Shown here: piece by piece, positions 1-11,198 of the stretch | Numbering within the stretch: position 1 is the first letter of the stretch | Layout: every line of letters starts with the position of its first letter | DNA from: Macrostomum hystrix | Lineage: Eukaryota > Animalia > Platyhelminthes | Length of the DNA stretch: 64,000 nucleotides | Direction of reading: 5' to 3' | Assembly (NCBI GenBank): GCA_950097015.1 | Contig: CATNEN010000038.1 | Coordinates: 23,498,001 to 23,562,000, forward strand | Notes under the pieces: generated by a model | The model's input: the letters and a program-made list of their open reading frames with translations, nothing else | Databases searched by the model: none | Told to the model about the DNA's origin: nothing | Program-made: the position numbers and the translations under genes

Positions 1-47
1 CAAATCATGATTTTATAATTTTCTAAATAAATCCAAAACCAACCAAG

Positions 48-3000
48 GTTCGAATCTCGGTTATTGACGCGAACGACAATGCGCCGCATTTTGTTCAGCG
101 CGAATTCGTCCTACCAGAGCTGGCCGAGGACGCCTTTGAAAAGGCCGGCGGCGGCCCGCTGACCATCGGAAAATTGGAAGCCAGCGATCCAGACGGTGGG
201 GACAACGGCCGGATAGAGTTCAGCATTATCCAAGGCGAGGGCAGCGATGCTTTCGCGGTGAGCAGTTGATCTACTCACTGATCTATTCACACTGATCTAC
301 TCACTGATCTATTCACACTGATCTACTCACTGATCTATTCACACTGATCTACTCACTGATCTATTCACGCTGATCTACTCACTGATCTATTCACACCGAT
401 CTACTCACTGATCTATTCACACTGATCTACTCACTGATCTATTCACACTGATCTACTCACTGATCTATTCACACTGATCTACTCACTGATCTATTCACAC
501 TGATCTACTCACTGATCTATTCACACTGATCTACTCACTGATCTATTCACACTGATCTACTCACTGATCTATTCACACTGATCTATCGTATATGCATCGT
601 GATCTAATAGTAGTCAATTACCTAATTCCCAGGTGGGTCCCCAGACTGGTCAGCTGCTACAGGTAGCCAAAGTAAACGCTGCCGAGCTGCCCAACGTGTC
701 CCTGACTGTTCAAGCTCGCGACTTTGGCAAGCCCTCTCGCCTGACGGACACGGCCACCGTGCGAATACGTCTTGTCGATGTCAACGATCACAGCCCGACG
801 GTGTCAATCATCGGCTCCCAGGAGCCGCGCCTAGTCGAAGGTCGAGCCAATCCGAACTTTGCCTACATCTTTGCCAGCGACCGCGACTTGGGCGAATTCG
901 GCCGAGTGTCCTGCAGTCTTGACGCCGATTCCGCTTCGCGCTTCGTGCTGCAACAGGTGAGTGACAGGTGTTAGATTGGAGTTGTCAGGTGTTGTCAATC
1001 TCCCTTTTATATCACTCTTATCTATCTCTCTCTTGTCTGATCTGTCTTATCAACCTATCTTATATATCTGTAGTGTCTCTACTCACGCACAATGTCACTA
1101 CTCCGCAGATAAACCAGATGGGCAGCAGTGGCGTGAAACAGTTCTCAATCTCCACTGGCCCCGGCCTTATCTACGACCGCGAGCAGCAGGCTAGCGACAC
1201 GGTGGCCATTGTTTGCTGGGACCACGGCAGCCCCGCCAGGACTGGCAGTCTAACGCTGACGGTCTCCATTGAGGATGTGAACGAATTTCCACCGGTATTT
1301 AGCGACACTGTTGAGTATAGCTTCCGCGTGGCCGAGAACCAGACAGAGGGCGAACTGGTTGGAACTGTGAGTTGGGCTTGACATTTAAATCATTCTGGGA
1401 TTTTTGTATAACCTGGTGGTCTTTAGATCTCAGTTTGTAGATGTCTCTAGATCTTAAGTCTGTATATGCTTATTGATCTGAGTCTGTAGCACTGTAGATT
1501 TTTTAGTCTGTAGATTTAGTCAATTAGATGTCTGTAGATCCTCTGCCTTGCTTTATCGAGAAGATTAATGAAAAAAACAAGTTTTTCCGGCCAAATCGGA
1601 GAGGAAAATTGGTTCCAAAACAAGGCCCTACCAATATTAATATACATTTACGCCCCTCTGCAGATGACAGCCTACGACAAGGACGCCACAGCCAGCATCG
1701 CTTACAGCATCTCAGACGATTACATGGCTGTGGGCTGCTTCGTCATCAACTCCACGACCGGTCAGATTCGCACTAAACGAAGATTGGATCGCGAGGACGC
1801 CGACCTCGCCAGATCCGGCCGGCCTGTGTACGTCATCACCGTCCAGGCCACGGACGGTCGCAATTCGACCACCGCCAAAGTCAACATCCGCATTCTGGAC
1901 GTCAACGACAATCCGCCACTGTTGAACGCAGTCGCCGCAGCCGGCCTGTCAGTCAACGAGAGCTTCGGCGGCGAGTCCTTTCACCCGCGCTTCGTCGGCC
2001 AGCTGGCCTACACGGATGCCGACGAGCCGGACACCGCAAACTCGCGCGCCTCGTTCAGCCTGGTGCACACTCTGCGCTCCACGCCGGAGCTTCGATTCCT
2101 CGTCAGTCCTGACGGCCGCGTCAGCGCCAGAGGCATCCTCGACCGAGAGGCCTCGCCGCGCCACCTGCTGGTAGTTCGGCTGACGGACCAGGGCAACCCG
2201 CCGCTGTCCTCCACCGGCACCGCCACGGTCCGCCTGCTGGACTTAAACGACAACCGGCCGAGCATTTGGACGCCCCGACCGCGGCAGCAGTTTAACCTCA
2301 CCGAGGACAGCCCGCCGGGCATCAGCTTCGCCACCGTCAACATAACTGACGCTGACGCCGAGTGCGAGCGTCTGTCATCGTTGGACTGTCTGCGGGCTGG
2401 CGGCTTGACACTGCGGCTAGAGCGCCAGGCGGCGACACTGTTCAGCGTGAACTCCACCAGCGGCCAGCTGATGGTGGCCAATCCGCTGACCCAGGGCCTG
2501 CACCGGCTGAACCTGACTGCCACAGACCGCGGCTATCCGCAGCCGCTGACCAGCTGGGTGGAGTTCTCGGTGCTGGTCAGTCCCAGGGCCGATCGGAGCA
2601 ACCACCTACTTGGCGGCTTGCTAGGCTCCGCTAACAACTGGACTGTACTGCTGGTCATTGTGGTGGCCTCCAGCTTCATCACCGTCATCCTAGTCGTAGC
2701 CATTGTCCTGTTGAATCGTCGTCAGCCTTGCTTAGTCGGTAGCGGCGGCAGCTCCGGGCGAAGCAGCGGCGACTCCGACGACGTCGTCAATGGCAACGGA
2801 ATCGGCGACAAAGATTTTCACGCCGGCCGGCGGGACTGTCCATTAGGCGGCGGCCTGGTGATGGACGGGACTATGCGCTCGCAGCAGCTGCCGCCGCCGC
2901 CGCCGCCGGCGCCTCTGTCGCCGATGATTGTCATGTACGGCCAGCAGCAGCAGCAGCAGCTGTACTGCTCCATGCGACGAGAGGTAAGATAAAAGTGGCT

Positions 3001-6000
3001 TGTTTTCTGTATAGGTTAGAGCTTTGTTAAATAATGTTGCCTTAAGCTAGACATTGCAATCCCCGTTGCGGCTTTCCTCCAGTCCATGGACTGAAATTTT
3101 TGCGCAGCCGCGGTGAGAAGGCTTGGGAGGCTTGTCGTGCAATTTACTCCCTTGAAGGGCCAACCTCCATATAGCACAGTGAGTGTACACTGCCTGACGA
3201 TGAGAAAGTCAGGGCAGATGTACACACCTGTGTGAGCGTGTGCCTGCGTAAGGTATCTGCGTGAGTGTGTGCTCAGGAGTGCATGCGCTGGCTGCGGGTC
3301 TAGTGGTACCAAATTATGTGCCATTGCCCGCAGCCCTTTATAATAAATAATAATTGATTACACCTGCCCCAATTGGGCCAGATGTGCAGCCGACAGCACA
3401 GCCGCAGCAAATGCGCAGCGTATCTGAAGGCTGCGTACAGCTGTTCAGTCCACGGACTGGGTGGACGCCACACCCACCTTCAATTATCCCAGCTAACTCT
3501 GGTACCCATTTAACAGCTGGGTGAACTGAAGCAATGCAGAGTTAAATGTATTGCTAAAGGACACAAATTGTTCCAGTGGAGTCGAGAATCGAACCCCCGA
3601 CCTTCAAGTCGTGAGTCCGACGCCCTAACCACTAGGGCGTCGGAGGTTGTAGCAGTTGTTGCAGTTGTAGCAGTAGCAGTTGTAGCATAAAGAGAGGTTG
3701 TAGCCTACCTAATAATAGCTTTATTAATATTAAATTATAAAGCTAACTGTAGTTTCCTTGAACAGTTAACTATCATATGATATTCAAAGTTACATTAAAT
3801 CGCATAAAATGATTAAAAGCAGCAAATAAATTCATGTCAGCCCAGGGCAATCTAGCTTCTATAGGAAAGTTTAAAGTTGATAAAAATACTTTTTTTATCT
3901 TAAAGTGTGCTCAAACACAGGCTCTCTGAGTCCTGTGCAACACCGCGGAGAGGTGGGGCTAAGCAGGATTTTAATGGCGCCGCCCGGTTGAAATCCCTAA
4001 TTTAACTTCCCTTTCTCTCCGTATTGTGCTGGAAGATTTCCCCCCATCGATTTTCCCCATCCGTGAGTCACTTTCACCTCGCCCACCGATTCAACTCTAC
4101 TCAGAAGCGCGTCGGAAACTGCCACTAGGACCTTTCTAAATTCCCCTCACTCCCCAAATCTTTTTTTCTCCCATTATTTATCCGCTCCACTCGCATTCTC
4201 GGATCTGGGATTTATTTCCCCAGAATCTCGCCCTGTCTGTGGACGATAAAATACAGCCTTTTGCAGCACCTCTTTCTGCCGCTATGAAAAAGGCCAATAA
4301 AATTAGAACTTAGCACAATAGGCGGAGCACTGATTTTAAGTACATATATTAAATTGAATAATATTTTTTCCTGAACTCAACTCGATTGTCGTTATTTTCC
4401 ACTCTAATCGACGGAAGAGAATGTGACAACTCACGCGAGCCTGGCTTAGCTGAGAATTGCTTAATTTCTTAATCTGGCCTCACAAACTATAAATGCATAG
4501 ATTGGTCTATGGGATAGAGAGGTTGGTGAGCTGGCTCTGGCACAGGGTAGAGACTGAACGGAGACAGAAAAAATCCAGTTGGCTTGAGCTAGCTTTTTTT
4601 CTTCAGTTTGTTTTTCTGTCGCAACGGCCCCTCTGTCAGCTGGACTTCCTTGAGCTATGTCTTGAGCACACACACACGTCACCCAGCTGCCTAAGTTTTG
4701 TAGCAGCAGCATCAGCAGCAGCGGCAGTCAGCTCTTCATCAAATTCTGAGTAGGCTAAGCTGGCAGACACACACTGGAACCAGCAAAAAATACTCACACA
4801 CAGAACTTGCCTACTGAAGATGGGAAAACTTTTGGCTGGACCCCTCAAGCCGCATCTGCTGCAGGCTCAACTGGGAGCTGTGGACAGAAAAAAGACAAGT
4901 CAGACTAGCGTGACACACAAAAGTAGTCACGCGCGATTACTACTAGCCTTGGGCTGCTTGCAGAAGCAACAGAATTGTCTGCTGTGTGCCTCTGAGTCTA
5001 TTTGAGTAGTTGCAGCTAATAGTCTATTTAATCAGCAAGGATTGAAACATAAATTTGGACTTCCGAAAAAAAGACACAATCGTTTTGAGTCCACCTGTAG
5101 TCCTGAGAAATGGGCGTTGTTGGGTTTTAGACAATCAATCAACGCCGGTCAATGCAATGCGGAATATAGTCCCCTATTTAGCAGTCAGCAATGGCGATCG
5201 TATGATAAACTGAAATTTAAAATCGCTTAAAAAACTTAGAGTATATTTTTATCCCAACAAAAAGCCTACAGATTAATAGCAACTAAACATTGTGCGGCAC
5301 TTAATAATGCTGTGTACAGACTGTACATTCTTTTGTTGCAACTGAACTATTAATTAACACCTGAGATTTAGGATTACTCAGCATTGAATTAATCGAGTTG
5401 CTTCTTAGAAACAAAATGAACTTGTTCTCTCAACAATGGCATAGAAACTATCTAAACAAGCACTATCATTGTCTCACATCTGGCTTCCGTTCCGCTCATG
5501 CAAGCGCTACCTCCTCCATCGCAGGTATAGTCCCAGTTTGTGTCTCCCATACTCAACTCACAAGATATTCCAGACTGAAGGGCGCCAGTTGTCTCGCCCT
5601 ACCCCTCATCTGACACACAGGTAGTAAGCTTTGGGCGCCTACATAGCACACCTAGGTAGTTGACTAGGGCTGTCCTACCTTTTTAGTGAGTCTATCTGCT
5701 CAAAGCTTCTATGCTAAGCTCTGTTCATAGCTTGAGTTTTACCTCTGTGCTCAGATAACGAGCTAGGAGATTTAGGTTAAGAATCGAGGGACAAGAGGGT
5801 GAGAAGTAGGTTTAGAATTAGACATCAGAAGTAAGAGCTTGATTTGAAAACCGAGGGATGAGTGAGAAGTAGGTTGATTATCAAGAGAGATGGGTGAGAA
5901 GTAGGTTGATTATCAAGAGAGATGGGTGAGAAGTAGGTTGATTATCAAGAGAGATGGGTGAGAAGTAGGTTGATTATCAAGAGAGATGGGTGAGAAGTAG

Positions 6001-8072
6001 GTTGAGTATCAAGAGAGATGGGTGAGAAGTAGGTTAGGTATCAAGAGGGATGGGTGAGAAGTAGGTTGAGTATCAAGAGGGATGGGTGAGAAGTAGGTTA
6101 GGTATCAAGAGGGATGGGTGAGAAGTAGGTTGAGTATCAAGAGAGATGGGTGAGAAGTAGGTTAGGTATCAAGAGGGATGGGTGAGAAGTAGGTTAGGTA
6201 TCAAGAGGGATGGGTGAGAAGTAGGTTAGGTATCAAGAGGGATGGGTGAGAAGTAGGTTGAGTATCAAGAGGGATGGGTGAGAAGTAGGTTGAGTATCAA
6301 GAGGGATGGGTGAGAAGTAGGTTGAGTATCAAGAGGGATGGGTGAGAAGTAGTTTGAGTATCAAGAGGGATGGGTGAGAAGTAGGTTGAGTATCAAGAGG
6401 GATGGGTAAGAAGTAGGTTGAGTATCAAGAGGGATGGGTGAGAAGTAGGTTGAGTATCAAGAGGGATGGGTGAGAAGTAGGTTGAGTATCAAGAGGGATG
6501 GGTGAGAAGTAGGTTGAGTATCAAGAGGGATGGGTGAGAAGTAGGTTGAGTATCAAGAGGGATGGGTGAGAAGTAGATTTGAGAACTTCAGCAGGAAGAA
6601 AACTTCAGTATGCAATACTTTCCAGGTGAGATGTAGTACGGATTCTGAGGTGCTCAAAAAGTATACTTAGGACAATTTAAAGGGGAAGATTCGGGATACT
6701 GCATGGGAGATGTCAGTAGCAGAGGCGTCACTGACTTCCGGGCCTGTCCTATACTCAAGCTGCTTCTAAATTGACTGACTGAATGAGTGAGGGTGAATGA
6801 AGCTTTGAGCATAGCCGCCAATTCTGTGTGTACTAAAGCAAAACTACCGCTTGAGTTCATTGTCCATTCACTTAACACTTCTCATCCCAGTGACTCTCTG
6901 AGTAGGCGTCCTTCCCCCCCACCAAAAACCAACCCAGTTTTCCAATTTCCCCTCTTTATTTTTACACGGCTGAGAGACTGAGTGAGGGACAGAGAGTGAA
7001 AGTGACTATTGAAGCGCATACACATATTATTATATATTGAAGAATTCATTAGGCTTTGGGCCAATAACAGCCTCGAAGGAAATTCTTTGGACAACAGCTC
7101 ATTTGAGGAACTGGAACCAAACTGGTCAATTGTCAACAGCTCTGATTTAATATCCCGCTTTTATTGAATGGAATGGAATTTCTTGAGTCTGAATCTCACT
7201 GCGGTTTTAGAATTGCTATTAGTCCAATCTCAGAAGTATAATCTACCATTTTCATATTCCCTAAAGCGATATTCTCAGGTCTCTCAGTATACCTTAAGAT
7301 CCCATTCTTAGATCTCCTAAGATCCCATTCTTAGATCCTCTAAGATCCCATTCTTATATCCCCTAAGATCACATTCTCAGATCCCCTAAAGATCCCATTC
7401 TCAGATCCCTAAGATTCCATTCTTAGATCCTCTAAGACCCCATTATCACATTCCTTATGATACCATTCTCAGATCCCCTAAAGATCCCATTCTTAGATCC
7501 CAATGATACCATTCTCAGATCCCCTAAAGATCCCATTCTTAGATCCCTATGATCCCATTCTCAGATTCCCTAAAGATCTCAAATCTTAAGCCCCGAAGGT
7601 TCCGACTCCAATGTTAGATTCCGAAGCTCATATCCCCAGCACAAAATTTTCCGTTTCGCAGAACGGAGGCGGCGCCGCCTATCACCTGATTCCACAGGCC
7701 GCACCGCCGGCTCACTACGGCAGCAACGCGCTGCCCTGGCCTCTCGGCCTAGGCGACTATGACGGCGCTTCGGCCGACTCCGGTCACGGCGCCAGCGAGG
7801 AGGACATGCACGGTGAGGCTGGGGGGGATTTGGGATTATAGGGGGATTGGAGTCCTTCTAAAGGGTGTATTAATTAGTCAAAAAAAGTTATGAAATCAAT
7901 AATTCGACGATGGGATTTTTTCTCTTCAGACGCCAATGAGCTTGTCTTACGGAGGTCAAAAAGTGGCTGGTCCAACAGTGTTTTTATCGACCTCCGCTCA
8001 GCGCTACAAAAATTCTCCTCTCTTAAATTGAAGCACTTTGGGTGCTTATAAAAATTAGCTTGTGTCTTGCAG

Positions 8073-8109
<37 letters not shown>

Positions 8110-11100
8110 TGGAAATGTTCAGTTCAAAGGGAAGAGATAAAAAGGGAAAAGTTCAACTTACACTGAACTGAATGTAGCCTCTTATCTGTCTACTTATTTT
8201 TCTTATTATCTACCTGCCTATCTGCCTACCTATCTACCTGCCTTTCTACATACCTACCTATCTGCCTACCTATCTACCTGCCTTTCTACATACCTACCAA
8301 CCTATCTACCTACCTTTCTACCAACCTATCTACCTACCTTTATACCAACCTATCTACCTACCTTTCTGCATACCTTTCTACCAACCTATCTACCTACCTA
8401 TCTGCCTACCTATCTACCTGCCTTTCTACATACCTACCTATCTACCTAACCATCTACATACCTACCTACGCATTTTTCTATCTGACTACCTATCTACTTA
8501 GCAACCTACAGACAATGCATGCCTGCTCTCTAATCTATCCGCCAATCTATCTATCTATTTAGCAATCTACCTAATCTACCTAGATAGATAGGTGTGTAGA
8601 TGAGTATGTTAAAAGGTAGGTAGATATGCGGTAGATAGACCTACCTTTATCAGTTACGTTTCTACCTATCTACCAGCTTACTTACCTACATTTCATCGCA
8701 ATGTATCTATTACGTGAATAAAGAAAGTAGATTCTGGTCATGATTTAATACAAGCAGACATATTAGAACAGTATACAACGGATGCGCCTTCGCTAGGCCG
8801 CTGGATTAGACAAGCAACTGTCGTGCCACGTATGATGAGAGACACTGGAGACAGACCTGGCCAGAGGCGCATGCGGAATGAAAGGGTCAGTTGTTAAGAT
8901 AGACAGTTCAGGTATCAATACCTGGCTGGGGTAAAGGCTTTTTGGCATCGGTGGTGGCCTGGTCCGGCGCTTTGGAGAATTCAGTGTCTTGTGGGGATAA
9001 ATTGAGAAATGTGAAAAATGCACACAAAGATAGAGAGGAGAGAGAGAGTGGTTGCCAGCTGTCCAGACCGAGCGAAGCAACAACTATGCAAGGAGAAATT
9101 TTGAAAGGTCTTCCTCTAAAAGTACTCGTTTTTTTATAGGTGGACATAAATTATGTCTTATCTTCTCATTGCCAACTGCTCTAGCTGAGCATTTGAAGTG
9201 GCTTAAACCTTGAGGAAACTAATTTATAAAAAAAATCCAATGATTCCCAAACAGGTGTGCCTCTGTAGATACGAGTAAATCAAAGTTAAGAATAGCAAAT
9301 TGGTCATAGAAGTCAGATAGCGAATTCTAGAGGTCAGGGTCTAATGTATGTTTAATTAGCTTTTTGATAGATGAGAAGCGTAAAATTTTCATCCTAACTT
9401 TACCATTTGAACTTGAATACTTTTTTATTCAGTTTGATTTTATATTTTTATATTTAATTAGATTTGATTTTTTGATTTTTTTACTTAATATAAGTACGAA
9501 AAATTCAAAATTAATTATTTTGAAAATTAATTTCAAATGGAATTCATAGGAATTCCCCAACGGAAATTCCAGGTATTCCGAAATGAAAATCCCATGAATT
9601 CCCTTATGAGAATCCCAGGAATTCCTTGATATAGATGCTAGTAATTCCTGAATGCAATTCCCCAGAAATTCCCCAATATAGATGCTAGGCATTCCCCAGT
9701 GGAAATCCCGAAATTCCCTAATAGAAATACAAGGAATTCCCCTAATGAAAATCCCAGGAATTCCCTGATATAGATACTAGGAATTCCCGAATGGAATTCC
9801 CCAGGAATTCTCCAATATAGTTACTAGGAATTCCCCTATGGAAATCCCCGGAATTCCCCTATGGAAATCTCAGGAATCTCCCACATAGAATTAATAAACG
9901 AAAATGAATATTTAATGAACCTAAAAACATGCGAAAGTTTAAAAATAAATGCCAATTTTTGTCGGTGGACCAAAAAATTCCCTCATCCGGTGAGACCTAC
10001 TTCTTCGAAAGCCACTGGAGACTGGAGTTTGATTTACCGCCATTTTCGATAGCCAGAACTGCAAGCTCCACCGAAAGCTGATATTCTTAGGGTGTTCGCC
10101 CCGGGGGGTATGAATAGTATATACCAACTCTCAAGACCCAGGAATCCCCCATTTCCCTCTTATGAGGATATTACCTACAAGGGGAAAGTATCTTTTGACT
10201 ATTTTTTTGGCCACACGCGCGCAAAGAGGCCACGCAGTGACAAGTGGGAATGTCAGTGCGCTTGTCATTGTGAGGACCGATGCCTGCCTGCTTTGCCACT
10301 ATCTAATTCAATAACCCGCGGCGTATCCCTGTGTCCCATCTCCCTCCCTACCCTAAAGTATAAATGCGTGTATTACAAAGAAATCAAGCTAGATATAGAT
10401 TCATTTAGCATTTATATGATGATATCTGAAAATACATAGCAAAATAAGTCTATAATAACTACTGATTTTGTTATTTATGTTAGTAGTATGGGCAAAAAAA
10501 ATTTGTGTTCAAAAGCCATTGACATTGTTTTGTATTTTACAGTTAGTATTAAGACTACTAAACCATATCTCTTCTCTGATTGGTCAAGGCTTTAAAAGAG
10601 CAGTAAAATCACAGCTCTTCTCTGATTGGTCAAGAGTTCAAAAGTGCAGCCAAACACAGCTCCTTTCTGATTGGTCGGCACCAATCAGAATCTTTCTAAC
10701 CAAAAGGAAGACTGAAGAAGTAATTAACCTCTCCCAACATCCACAGGTGAGCACGCGAGCCGCTTCATGTCACTCGGACATCAGCCGGGCGGCTCATTGC
10801 AGCCCCGATCACCTGGCGGTTTTGGCGGCTATCCCAGCATCACCGAGGAGGACCTGATGCTGCCGCCACCGCCGCATCATCAGCATCATCAACAGCAACA
10901 GCAGCAGCACGAGCACATTCCTTTGACTAAAACTGGCGCCGCCTGCAGCACCTTCGGCCGGCAGCAGCAACAGCAGCACCATGCCGCGCTGTACCAGCCG
11001 CAGCCGCCGCAGGCCGCCCTAATGCTGTGCGAAGAGCCGCAATTTCAAAATGTCACCCTGGGCCGCTCGCCAAATCGATTGACTCCCATTGTGGGCAGTC

Positions 11101-11198
11101 GATCAGCTACGCCTCAGCAGCAACTGCACAGCTTCGGCGCTAGTCCGCCGTCATCTTCGACTGGCGCTGTCGGTGGCCCGAAAACAGCGGCTGTATGA
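48..11198 (+). CDS. Protocadherin (delta/non-clustered-like), 5'-partial; exons 48-257, 633-956, 1109-1366, 1664-2983, 7662-7812, 10747-11198
   Basis: Cadherin repeats with DxNDNxP, DRE and AxDxG motifs (DANDNAP, DVNDHSP, DVNEFPP, DVNDNPP, DLNDNRP). TM segment WTVLLVIVVASSFITVILVVAIVLL. Cytoplasmic DSGHGASEED motif. All junctions are GT-AG with consistent phases (0,0,0,0,1). Stop TGA at 11196-11198. Confidence 0.92.
267..586. repeat. Intronic minisatellite, 26-bp unit TGATCTACTCACTGATCTATTCACAC (~12 copies)
   Basis: Direct tandem periodicity inside the first visible protocadherin intron. Confidence 0.95.
3096..3352 (+). mobile_element. SINE family A copy (5'-truncated, AT-rich tail)
   Basis: Shares GCGCAGCCGCGG..GAAGGCTTG..CCCTTGAAGGGCCAACCT..CTGCCTGACGATGAGAAAGTCAGGGCAGATGTACAC..GCCATTGCCCGCAGCCC with the copies at ~13.8, 24.5 and 31.4 kb. 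Confidence 0.85.
3361..3637 (-). mobile_element. SINE family B (tRNA head plus CORE-like domain)
   Basis: The minus strand reads a tRNA-like head (TAGTGGTTAGGGCG...GGTTCGATTCTC B box), then TGTGTCCTTTAGCAATACATTTAACTCTGCATTGCTTCAGTTCACCCAGCTGTTAAATGGGTACC, which resembles the CORE-SINE domain. Other copies lie at 35.3 and 56.2 kb. Confidence 0.85.
5860..6578. repeat. Minisatellite, 32-bp unit GGGTGAGAAGTAGGTTGAGTATCAAGAGGGAT (~22 copies)
   Basis: Tandem periodicity of 32 bp. Confidence 0.95.
7295..7580. repeat. Degenerate AAGATCCCATTCTTAGATCCCCT-type tandem repeat
   Basis: Repeated GATCCCATTCT motifs just upstream of the acceptor at 7661. Confidence 0.85.
8072..8110. repeat. (TCAA)n microsatellite
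   Basis: Directly visible. Confidence 0.95.
8205..8700. repeat. CTACCTAT/CTAC low-complexity repeat
   Basis: Degenerate tetranucleotide-derived array. Confidence 0.85.
9535..9890. repeat. GGAATTCC-rich degenerate repeat (related arrays at 11320-11550 and 28075-28520)
   Basis: Recurrent GGAATTCCC/GGAAATCC motifs. Confidence 0.8.

Noticed and set aside
3193-3210. Hammerhead-ribozyme-like CTGACGA..GAAA in SINE A
   Set aside because: Only 3 nt lie between CUGANGA and GAAA, there is no stem III or correctly placed UH site, and the core bases are sequestered in a simple hairpin.
3570-3637. tRNA genes (also 14050-14125, 24487-24555, 31423-31490, 35325-35375, 57925-57960)
   Set aside because: No complete cloverleaf or acceptor stem. 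Most are followed by shared SINE bodies and are SINE heads; 57925-57960 is an isolated B-box remnant.
10565-10690. Triple CTGATTGG (CCAAT-box) cluster as a promoter
   Set aside because: It lies just upstream of the last-exon acceptor as a short degenerate repeat, with no other promoter evidence.
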